Shown here: piece by piece, positions 25,832 through 34,500 of the stretch
Position numbering within the stretch: position 1 is the first letter of the stretch
Layout of the letters: every line of letters starts with the position of its first letter
Source: an uncultured Prevotellaceae bacterium
GTDB lineage: Bacteria > Bacteroidota > Bacteroidia > Bacteroidales > Bacteroidaceae
Reading direction: 5' to 3'
DNA: 64,000 nucleotides
NCBI GenBank assembly: GCA_900318115.1
Contig: ONJJ01000021.1
Location: forward strand, 8,773-72,772
Made by a program: the position numbers and the translations under genes
Notes under the pieces: model-generated
Database searches by the model: none
Told to the model about the DNA's origin: nothing
The model's input: only the letters and a program-made list of their open reading frames with translations

Positions 25832-27118
25832 TCAAGGCTTAGCGGCTGGGAAGAGGATGGTGAAACGGGTGAGGTGGTCGGTGGGGTCGGTCTGAAGGGT
25901 AAAGGTACATCCGTGTGCGGTGAGGATATCGCGGATGAGCAGGAGGCCGAGGCCCTGACCTTGGGGCTTGGTGGAGAAGAAGGGTGTGAAGAGGTGCCGT
26001 GCTGCTTCGGTGGAGATGCCACGACCGTTGTCGGTGATGGTAAGGGAAGACTCTCCCCCCGCCCTCCCTGTTAGGGAGGGAGCATAATGATTTGAAGGCA
26101 GTAACTTCTGAATAGCGACGGTAATTACTCCCTCCCTCATAGGGAGGGCGGGGGGAGAGTCCTTTATACTCTCCACGCTATTCTTAACAATATTCACCAG
26201 CACTTGCTGAAAGAGGACGGGGTCGAGGTGGACGGGGATGGCATCGTCAGTCAGGTGGAAGTCGAGACGGACGTTGGCAGCAAGGCAGAGGTTCTCGAGG
26301 AAGGGTCGACAGCCCTCGACTTCCTCGCTGAGGTCGCAGAGCTGCAGCTGCGGCGCTGGAATCTTGACGACTTCGGCGAAGCGTGTGACGAAGGAGGCCA
26401 TGGCCAAGAGCCGTTCGCGTAAAGCGGTATTGTCCAATGCGCCAACGATTCCCGCCACGCTGTTGTTGACCTCATGGGCTATCATTCGGATGACGCGCTC
26501 GTAGGCTGCTTTCTCTGCCAATCTGACCTCGGAGGTGAGGGACTCGATGAGGTAGAAAGGATGCTGATAGCCGCGGTCGGGGAACGAGAGGTGGCTGATG
26601 CGAAAGATACCAGGTTCGGCAGTCAGACGCACGGTAGTCTCGCTGCCGAGGGGCAGACGTTGCATGGCCTCGGAGATGACGGGCTTCATCATGCTGCGTG
26701 CGGCAGGATTCATGGAGGTGATGTTGCCATCGAGGTCGCATTGCACAACGCCCATGGGCGAAGCTTCGATGAGCAGGCTGAGGAAGGTGTATTGCTCTTC
26801 GAGGCTGAGGTGTTCGGTACGCAGCCGGGCAAGCAAGTCGTTGAAGGTGTGGACGATGATGTCTGTCTCGTGTTGTCCTGACGGGGCGAGGCGTGTGGTG
26901 AGGTCGAGGTCACGCACGAGTTCCATTCCGCTGATGAGGGTGTCGTAGGGCTGAAGCGTACGGCGATAGAAATATATAAGATAGATGAGTAGCAGGACGA
27001 TGAAGCACTCCGTCGTGTAGAATAGCCAAGAGTGACTCTGGAAGGTGGCGAACAGAGCCACACCCGCGAGCAGAAGAATGGCAACCACAAGAATCAGAAA
27101 AGAATACTTCAGTTTCAT
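25832..27118 (-). CDS. Sensor histidine kinase (2 TM, PAS-like, HisKA, HATPase_c) partner of the sigma-54 activator
   Basis: TM helices in MKLKYSFLILVVAILLLAGVALF.. and ..CFIVLLLIYLIYFY. H-box RMIAHEVNNS, N-box VLVNIVKNSVESI, G-boxes TDNGRGIS and GQGLGL. The ATG overlaps the upstream stop (ATGA at 27115-27118). Confidence 0.85.
   Translation of the reverse strand: MKLKYSFLILVVAILLLAGVALFATFQSHSWLFYTTECFIVLLLIYLIYFYRRTLQPYDTLISGMELVRDLDLTTRLAPSGQHETDIIVHTFNDLLARLRTEHLSLEEQYTFLSLLIEASPMGVVQCDLDGNITSMNPAARSMMKPVISEAMQRLPLGSETTVRLTAEPGIFRISHLSFPDRGYQHPFYLIESLTSEVRLAEKAAYERVIRMIAHEVNNSVAGIVGALDNTALRERLLAMASFVTRFAEVVKIPAPQLQLCDLSEEVEGCRPFLENLCLAANVRLDFHLTDDAIPVHLDPVLFQQVLVNIVKNSVESIKDSPPALPMREGVITVAIQKLLPSNHYAPSLTGRAGGESSLTITDNGRGISTEAARHLFTPFFSTKPQGQGLGLLLIRDILTAHGCTFTLQTDPTDHLTRFTILFPAAKP
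26049..26161. repeat. Inward-facing pair of palindromic units inside the histidine-kinase HATPase domain, read through in frame
   Basis: GACTCTCCCCCCGCCCTCCCTGTTAGGGAGGGAGC (26049-26083) and ACTCCCTCCCTCATAGGGAGGGCGGGGGGAGAGTC (26127-26161). 21-nt perfect terminal inverted repeat. Confidence 0.9.
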
Positions 27119-28500
27119 AGGCCGTGCTTCTCGATTTTGCGATAGAGGGCACCTCGGCTGATTCCGAGTTCCTTGGCCACGAGGGAGAGGTTTCCGGCGT
27201 GCTTCTGGATGGAGGCGGCGATGGCGGCGCGCTCGAGTTCTTCAAGGGTGGGAGATGGACCCGTCGGGGAAACCGACGGGCACACTGACTCATGGGAAGA
27301 GGGGGACAGGGACTGGCGAAAGTCGGCAGCGGTGAGTTCCTCTCCTTCTGCCATCAGCACGGTTCGCTCCACCAGGTTCTTCAGTTCGCGAATGTTGCCG
27401 GGGAGAGGGAGGGATTGGAGGAAGGAGATGGCATCCGCGGTGATGGCAATGTCGGTGGAGAGCGTGGACTGATGCAGGAAGAAATCCACAAGGATGGGGA
27501 TGTCCTCGCGGCGCTGGCGCAGGGGCGGCAGGTGGAGACTGATGAGGTTGATGCGGTAGAAGAGGTCTTCGCGGAAGGTGTGTTCCTCCACCATGGAGGG
27601 GAGATCCGCATTGGTGGCGCAGATGACACGGACATCGGTGCGGCGTGTGTGGCTGTCGCCCAGTACCTCGTAGGTCTGATCCTGAAGCACTCGGAGCAGC
27701 TTCACCTGGCTGGCAAGGTCGAGTTCTCCGATTTCGTCGAGGAAGATGGTGCCTCCCCTGGCGAGTTCGAATCGCCCTACCCTATCCTCTTTTGCATCGG
27801 TGAAGGCTCCTTTCTTATGGCCAAACATCTCGCTCTCGAACAACGACTGGGAAATACCTCCGAGGTTCACCTTCACGAAAGGTCCTTCGGCACGACGGCT
27901 CTGCCGGTGAATGGCCTCGGCAATAAGCTCCTTGCCCGTACCGCTCTCGCCCGTGATGAGGACGGGTGCATTGGTGGGAGCGATGCGGGCGATGGTGGAA
28001 TATACGGAGGCGAGGGAGGGGAGGAAGGCCCCTCTCCCCGCTCCCCCCGTGGGGGGGAGAGCTCTGGCAAAAGTTGATTCTTCACAAAGTTTTCGAGCGG
28101 AGCGAGGCTCTCCCCCTTTACGGGGGAGCGGGGAGAGGGTCCTCGCCGTTTCAATCCGATCCATGAGCACGCCGTTGTCCCACGGCTTGGTGATGAAGTC
28201 AAAGGCGCCGGCACGCATTCCCTGCACGGCAAGGTCTATGGTGCCCCAGGCTGTCATGAGGATGCAGGGAAGGTCTGGACGGAAGACCTTAACCTGCTTG
28301 AGCAGGGTGAGGCCTTCGTCGCCGGTAGTGGAATTGTCGTAGTTCATATCCATCAGAACCAATTCCACTTCCGGATGGCTTCGCACGACAGTGATGGCCT
28401 CCTTGGGGTTCTCGGCCAGTGCCACCGTGTAGTCGTTACGCTCCAGGACAAGTTTCAGCGTGAAACGGATGGTCTTATCGTCATCTACAACTAATATCAT
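27115..28500 (-). CDS. Sigma-54-dependent response regulator (receiver + AAA+ + Fis-type HTH), NtrC family
   Basis: Receiver MILVVDDDKTIRFTL..LVLMDMNY... Walker A GESGTGKE. Sigma-54 contact loop GAFTDA (GAFTGA variant). C-terminal HTH LVAKELGISRGALYRKIEKHGL. Confidence 0.9.
   Translation of the reverse strand: MILVVDDDKTIRFTLKLVLERNDYTVALAENPKEAITVVRSHPEVELVLMDMNYDNSTTGDEGLTLLKQVKVFRPDLPCILMTAWGTIDLAVQGMRAGAFDFITKPWDNGVLMDRIETARTLSPLPRKGGEPRSARKLCEESTFARALPPTGGAGRGAFLPSLASVYSTIARIAPTNAPVLITGESGTGKELIAEAIHRQSRRAEGPFVKVNLGGISQSLFESEMFGHKKGAFTDAKEDRVGRFELARGGTIFLDEIGELDLASQVKLLRVLQDQTYEVLGDSHTRRTDVRVICATNADLPSMVEEHTFREDLFYRINLISLHLPPLRQRREDIPILVDFFLHQSTLSTDIAITADAISFLQSLPLPGNIRELKNLVERTVLMAEGEELTAADFRQSLSPSSHESVCPSVSPTGPSPTLEELERAAIAASIQKHAGNLSLVAKELGISRGALYRKIEKHGL
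28027..28142. repeat. Inward-facing pair of palindromic units (variant C) inside the response-regulator linker, read through in frame
   Basis: GGCCCCTCTCCCCGCTCCCCCCGTGGGGGGGAGAGC (28027-28062) and GGCTCTCCCCCTTTACGGGGGAGCGGGGAGAGGGTCC (28105-28142). The outer 21 nt are inverted repeats (20/21). Confidence 0.85.
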
Positions 28501-28560
28501 AGGGAGCGGCTTTGCCGCGGTTTTATTGTTTAAAGTTTAAAGTCATTCGGATTGCGAGTG

Positions 28561-28568
28561 CAAAGGTA
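28561..28568 (-). promoter_or_regulatory. Candidate -7 promoter box (TACCTTTG) for the regulator/kinase pair
   Basis: Minus-strand TACCTTTG, about 60 nt upstream of ATG 28500, in the 144-nt gap after the adaptor gene. Confidence 0.4.
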
Positions 28569-28644
28569 GTAATTAATATCGGGCTTGATGCTTTACGATT
28601 TACAATTTCATTTACTTTAACGTCTCGTCCGTCGTTTTTTGCCT

Positions 28645-29916
28645 TTAGTTCCTCACTCTTAACTTTTCCTTTCCTTTGTACTTGGCCATATCGCTGACCA
28701 CGAGTTCCTCTCCCTCGGAGAGTCCGCTGATGACTTCGATGTAGTCGTAGTTGCATTCTCCAAGCTGCACCTCACGCGGTACGAGGGTGCGGTCGTCCTT
28801 AAATATAAATAAGGTGTACTTGCCCGGTCCAGCGTAGAACGATCCGTTGCGAATGCGGAGGACATCGTCGCGGATGCTGGTGATGACGTACACCTCGGTC
28901 TTCAGGCCAGAGCGCAGGCGCGGGTGGCTGGGATTCTGCGGCTGGACGGTGAAGGTGATGGCTCCGCCCTGACTGAGCGGAGTGACGGTGGCGATGGTGG
29001 CCGGCAGCCGTTCCTTGCCGATGCGCAGCAGGGCTTCGCCGCCTACGAGGACCCGGTCGCTGTAGGTGTCCGATATCTCGCACTCCGCCTTGAAGTGGCT
29101 GAGGTCGCTGACGATGGCTAACTTCTGCCCTGCCCCTACGGTGGCACCAATTTCCGTGGTGATATAGGTCAGCGTGGCCCGGCGTGGCGAACAGATGGCA
29201 GCATCGGCCAGGGTACGTTGTTTCTCGGTCAGTCCCTTCTCGAAGATGCCGTTTTGCAATTGTTGCATCCTCAGGTCGGCCTGCTTCACCCGCACCTCGT
29301 TGGCATACTGCTGGCGCAGTTGTGCCAGTTGTAGTTGGGCGGTGCGCAAGGTGGTCTCGGCACTGCGCACCCGGTCACGCGTGCCGGAGCCGAGGCTGTC
29401 GAGGTAAAGCTCGTTGCGCAGCTGTGCTTCCAATTGCGAGAGTTTCATCTCTTCCACCTCTATTTGCATGCGTCGGTCTGCAAGTTGTGTCTCGATATTT
29501 GCCCGCAGCTGCTCCATCTGCTGACGCCGTATCTCACGTTCGTCCATGGCCTTGGCCAGCTCTGTCTCGGTCGATTGCAGGTCCAGCCTCAGTAGCGGCG
29601 TACCAACGTCCACGCTGTCGCCACTGTGGGCATAGACTTCCAGGATGCGGGAACTGATGGGTGACGTGATAACCTCCTCGAAGGCGGGCACGATGCGCCC
29701 CGTGGCCGTGACACTCACCTCGATGGTGCCACGATCCACCTCTGACACGACCAGCGTCTTGCGATCGATGGTCGTCAGCATCTGAGAACCGAGCCAGGCG
29801 CCAGCGGCCATCACCAGGAGGAAGCCGACGAGCCACCTCCCGACGCGAATCATTTTTCTCTTACGTTGGACATTGAGGGGAATCTGTCTATCCATTGTTT
29901 GATTATCTGCTTTCAT
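28645..29916 (-). CDS. HlyD/MacA-family periplasmic adaptor (membrane fusion protein)
   Basis: N-terminal TM anchor RWLVGFLLVMAAGAWL. Lipoyl-like ..TATGRIVPAFEEVITSPISSRILEVYAHSGDSVDVGTPLLRLD... Long coiled-coil segment. C-terminal barrel ..EVISGLSEGEELVVSD... Confidence 0.85.
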   Translation of the reverse strand: MKADNQTMDRQIPLNVQRKRKMIRVGRWLVGFLLVMAAGAWLGSQMLTTIDRKTLVVSEVDRGTIEVSVTATGRIVPAFEEVITSPISSRILEVYAHSGDSVDVGTPLLRLDLQSTETELAKAMDEREIRRQQMEQLRANIETQLADRRMQIEVEEMKLSQLEAQLRNELYLDSLGSGTRDRVRSAETTLRTAQLQLAQLRQQYANEVRVKQADLRMQQLQNGIFEKGLTEKQRTLADAAICSPRRATLTYITTEIGATVGAGQKLAIVSDLSHFKAECEISDTYSDRVLVGGEALLRIGKERLPATIATVTPLSQGGAITFTVQPQNPSHPRLRSGLKTEVYVITSIRDDVLRIRNGSFYAGPGKYTLFIFKDDRTLVPREVQLGECNYDYIEVISGLSEGEELVVSDMAKYKGKEKLRVRN

Positions 29917-29931
29917 AGTCTTTCCTGTTTC

Positions 29932-31440
29932 TTATTTTATCAAATTCTCGAAATCTACGTGAATGCTCTCTCCCCGCTCGAAGTCCCACAACGCAATGCT
30001 GCGAAGCTGATAGTAGTAGTACCAGTAGTTCTGGAGCTGATAGATGCGTCCACGGCGTGCCTCGTCCTTAGCCGTCTGGGCGTCAGAGAGTTCAAGGGTG
30101 GAGATACTTCCGATCTTGAAGGTCTCGACGTTTGTGTTGTAGCGGCGGCGGGCGATGGTATCTGCCTCACAGGCAATGCGCAGCTGCTGCGCCTGGTTGT
30201 TGAACTGCTCCGTGAGGACAAAGATGTTCTGCCGGAACTCCTGTGCCTGCTGGCGCAACTGCCCCTGGATAATCTCACGGTTGCTCTCGGCCATTCGGCG
30301 CTGCCCCTTACGTTTGCCCCAATCCAGCAGGGGTATTGAGAACCCGACCTGCACCACTTCCTTGCTCAGCAGGTCGCGGTAGGCACCACCCACGCTGCTG
30401 CCCGTTCCCGTGTAGCCCAACTGTGCATAGAGGTTGATGCTCTGCCGGGCCGCGCGTGCGCTGGCCACGGAGTAGTCCGCTTCCAGCTGGCGGCGCCGCA
30501 TGGTGGTGGCAAAGGCGTTGTTCTCCAGTGCACGAGCCAGCACCTCCTCATAATCCAAGCGGAGCTCCGGGACATCGTCGGGCACCTCGGGTTCAATGTC
30601 CACTTCCACGTCGAGAAACGAGCGGAGTGCGAACTGCCGCGCCTGGCGCGAACTCTCGGCATCGGTCAGTGCACTGCGGGCCGTGAGCACGTTCAGACGC
30701 ATCTGCAGAACATCGTTCTCACTGATGGTGCCCATCTCGCGCTTGGCGAGTGCCACCTCATAGAGTTTCTCTGCCGTCTGCAAGTTCTGATTGGCTATGC
30801 CCACCTGCTCGCCTGCCAGCAAGAGGTTGAAGTAGAGGCTGATGGCTTGCATGGCCACCTGCTCCGTCTCGGTCAGGAAACGCGCCTTGGCCTCGCGGTA
30901 GCGCAGCGGCTCGATACGGCGATTCCACCTCATGTGGTTCACACCGAAGAGCGGTTGAGAGAGCGTGATGGCCACGGGAAGGGACATCAACTGATTGCCC
31001 GTCGCTCCACCGCCGGACTGATGCAGGAAATCCAGCGACGACTCCACGGACAGTGTGCCGCCCGTAGGCCAAATTTTTTGCGTCACGTACAGCGAGCCGC
31101 TGAGTCCGAGGTAATCGTTGCGAACGAAGGTGAGGCCACCATCTGCCTGCTGATAGCTGGTGTAGCGCTTATTGTAGCTGGGTAGGGTGGCGGAGAAGGT
31201 CACTTCCGGCAACAGGTCAGCACGATAGCTGCGCCATTGCCAGTAGGCTGCTCGCAGTTCGCCCAGCGCCACTGCTGCGTCCACACTCTGGCGACGTGCC
31301 ATCAGAATACATTCCGCCAACGTAAGGTGCAGCGTAGAATCCGCAACAGAGGAAGTGGCGGGGGAAGCAAAGATGCCTGATGCGCCAGGAAGACCGCAAT
31401 ACACCAATGCTGATAGGAAGAAAAAGATTCTTTTAGTCAT
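29932..31440 (-). CDS. TolC-family outer-membrane efflux channel
   Basis: 502 aa. Signal peptide. Two repeats of TolC-like helical/beta segments (..LTLAECILMARRQSVDAAVALGELRAAYWQWRS.., ..LLTARSALTDAESSRQARQ..). It sits first in the locus, next to the adaptor. Confidence 0.8.
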   Translation of the reverse strand: MTKRIFFFLSALVYCGLPGASGIFASPATSSVADSTLHLTLAECILMARRQSVDAAVALGELRAAYWQWRSYRADLLPEVTFSATLPSYNKRYTSYQQADGGLTFVRNDYLGLSGSLYVTQKIWPTGGTLSVESSLDFLHQSGGGATGNQLMSLPVAITLSQPLFGVNHMRWNRRIEPLRYREAKARFLTETEQVAMQAISLYFNLLLAGEQVGIANQNLQTAEKLYEVALAKREMGTISENDVLQMRLNVLTARSALTDAESSRQARQFALRSFLDVEVDIEPEVPDDVPELRLDYEEVLARALENNAFATTMRRRQLEADYSVASARAARQSINLYAQLGYTGTGSSVGGAYRDLLSKEVVQVGFSIPLLDWGKRKGQRRMAESNREIIQGQLRQQAQEFRQNIFVLTEQFNNQAQQLRIACEADTIARRRYNTNVETFKIGSISTLELSDAQTAKDEARRGRIYQLQNYWYYYYQLRSIALWDFERGESIHVDFENLIK

Positions 31441-31454
31441 AACACTTTATACCG

Positions 31455-31470
31455 GGCAAAAAGGGTGCCA
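31455..31470 (-). promoter_or_regulatory. Sigma-54 promoter (TGGCACCCTTTTTGCC) upstream of the TolC gene
   Basis: Minus-strand TGGCAC-N5-TTGC. The -12 element is only about 16 nt from ATG 31440. Confidence 0.7.
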
Positions 31471-31513
31471 CAGACATAAAGTGCTGATTATCAAAGACGG
31501 CTCAAAAAGAAGC

Positions 31514-31551
31514 TGTCCATTTTCGGACACGCAGGTGTTCGGAAATGGACA
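31514..31551. promoter_or_regulatory. Paired enhancer (UAS) dyads
   Basis: TGTCCATTTTCGGACA (31514-31529) and TGTTCGGAAATGGACA (31536-31551). Confidence 0.7.
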
Positions 31552-31581
31552 GTCTCTAAAAAAAGGATTGCAAGGAATGAC

Positions 31582-34500
31582 CTATGAGTTATACTCCTGC
31601 CAGGACTTGATCTTGATGTCCTCAAGCTCGATGGAGGTGAAGGCCTGGATAAAGGCCTTGGCCAGACGGGTGTTGGTCATCAAGGGGATATTGTGGTCGA
31701 TGGCAGCGCGACGGATGCGGTAGCCGTTGGTCAGTTCGCGCTTGGAGTGGTTCTTGGGCACATTAACGATGAGGTCAAAGCGGTGCTGGGCAATGAGGCT
31801 GATGACATTGTCCTCGTCGTCCTCATCGGGCCAGCTGACGCTGCGCGCAAAGACGCCATTCTGATTGAGGAAGGCAGCGGTGCCGGCAGTGGCATAGACG
31901 TCGAGTCCCTTGCGCACAAGCTGGCGGGCAGGCTCCAGCAGGTCGAGCTTGCCCTTGGCACCGCCACTGCTGATGAGGACGGCCTTCTTGGGCAGGCGGT
32001 AGCCCGTGGAGATGAGGGCATTGAGCAGAGCTTCGTTGAGGTCGTCGCCGAGGCAACCCACTTCACCCGTGCTGCTCATATCCACACCGAGGACGGGGTC
32101 GGCGTTCTGCAGACGAGCGAAGCTGAACTGACTGGCCTTGACGCCGATACGATCGATGTCGAACTCGCTCTTCTCGGCACGCTGGTAGGGGGCATCGAGC
32201 ATGATCTTCGTGGCGGTCTCGATGAAGTTGCGCTTCAGGATCTTCGATACGAAGGGGAAGCTGCGGGAGGCGCGCAGGTTGCACTCGATGACCTTCACCT
32301 CGCGGTTCTTGGCCAGGAACTGGATATTGAAGGGACCGCTGATGTTCAGCTCGGCAGCAATCTTGCGGGCGATCTTCTTCATCTGGCGAATGGTGCTGAA
32401 ATAGACGTGCTGGGCGGGGAAGACCATGGTGGCATCACCGCTGTGGACGCCGGCGTACTCGATGTGCTCGGAGATGGCATATTCCACGATGTCGCCCTTG
32501 TCGGCCACGGCATCGAACTCGATTTCCTTGGTCTCCTGCATGAACTGCGAGACGACGACGGGGAATTCCTTCGAAACCTCGGTAGCCATCTTCAGGAAGC
32601 GCTCCAGCTCCTCGTCATCGTAGCAGACGTTCATGGCAGCGCCCGAGAGGACGTAGCTGGGACGGACAAGCACGGGGTAACCGACTTCGCTGACAAATTC
32701 CTTGATGTCGTCGAGTGAGGTGAGGGCACGCCAGGCGGGCTGATCCACACCGAGTTTATCGAGCATGGCAGAGAACTTGTCGCGGTTCTCGGCACGGTCG
32801 ATATCCACGGGAGAGGTGCCGAGGACGGGCACGCCCTGGCGATGGAGTTTCATGGCCAGGTTATTGGGAATCTGACCACCCACCGATACAATGACGCCAC
32901 GGGGTGTCTCGAGGTCGATGACATCGAGCACACGCTCCAGGGTGAGCTCGTCGAAGTAGAGGCGGTCGCACATATCGTAGTCAGTGGACACGGTCTCGGG
33001 GTTGTAGTTGATCATGATGCTCTTGTAGCCCAGACGGCGAGCCGTGTTGATGGCATTGACGGAACACCAGTCGAACTCCACCGAGGAACCGATGCGATAG
33101 GCACCGGAACCGAGGACGACGACTGACTTGTCGTTGTGGTAGTAGGGGATGTCGTGAGTGGGGGTGTAGGCCTCGGTAGACGATACGCCCATAGTGAAGG
33201 CATCCTGGAAGGCAGGGGTGTGGGTGTAGGTGAAGTAGAGGTAGTTGGTGAGGTCGGGATGCTCACTGGCTACCGTGGGAATACGCTTCACGCTGGGCAG
33301 GATGCCACGCTGCTTGCGATGGCGGCGTACCTCGAGGTTCTCTTTCTCAAGGCTTCCTCCTGCGGGCTTGAGGACGAAGCGGGCAATCTGGAAGTCGCTG
33401 AAGCCGGCCTGCTTGACTTCGAGAAGGAAGGCATCGGGCAGTTCCTCGAGGGAGTTGTAGGACTCGAGCTGGTGCTTGAGGTCCACGATGTGCTTCATGC
33501 GGGTGATGAACCAGGGGTCGATCTTGGTCAACTGCTCGATGCGCTCCACGGTGTAGCCCTGCTCCAGAGCCTCGGCGATGGCAAAGATGCGGAGGTCGGT
33601 GGGGTTCTCCAGGGCATCGTCGAGGTCATCGAAGTGCACGTGCTCGTTGCCCACGAAACCATGCATGCCCTGCCCTATCATACGCAGGCCTTTCTGCAGC
33701 ATCTCCTCGAACGAACGACCGATGGACATGATTTCGCCCACGGATTTCATCGAGGAACCTATCAGACGGCTGACCCCTGCGAACTTGGTAAGGTCCCAAC
33801 GGGGAATCTTGCAAATCATGTAGTCCAACGAGGGAGCCACGTAAGCGGAGTTGGTGGTACCCATCTCACCAATCTGGTCGAGGGTGTAGCCAAGGGCAAT
33901 CTTGGCGGCAACGAAGGCCAGAGGATAACCGGTAGCCTTGGAAGCCAGGGCACTGGAGCGCGAGAGGCGGGCGTTGATCTCGATGATGCGGTAGTCGTTG
34001 GTCACGGCGTTGAAAGCGAACTGGATGTTGCACTCGCCAACGATACCGAGGTGCTTGACACACTTGATGGTAATATCCTGCAGCATCTTCACCTGCTGCT
34101 CGGTGAGCGAACAGGTGGGAGCGACAACGATGCTCTCGCCCGTGTGGATGCCCAGGGGGTCGAAGTTCTCCATGGAAGCCACGGTGAAGCAGCGGTCGTT
34201 GGCATCGCGGATGCACTCGAACTCGATTTCCTTCCATCCCTTCAGGCTCTCCTCAACGAGGATCTGCGGAGCGAAGGTGAAGGCCGACTCGGCCAGCTCC
34301 ACGAATTTCTCCTCATCGGGACAGATACCGCTGCCGAGACCGCCAAGGGCGTAAGCCGAACGAATCATGATGGGGAAACCAATCTGGCGGGCTGCCTTCA
34401 GGGCATCGTCCATGTTCTCCACAGCGTGGCTGACAGGCACCTTCAGGTCCACCTCGGCCAGTTTCTTGACGAAGAGGTCGCGGTCCTCCGTGTTCATGAT

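Noticed and set aside
18551-28142. CRISPR array interpretation of the GC-rich palindromic repeats
   Set aside because: The units occur in both orientations with irregular spacing from 0 to several kb, mostly inside conserved protein-coding genes. No uniform spacers or cas genes are present.
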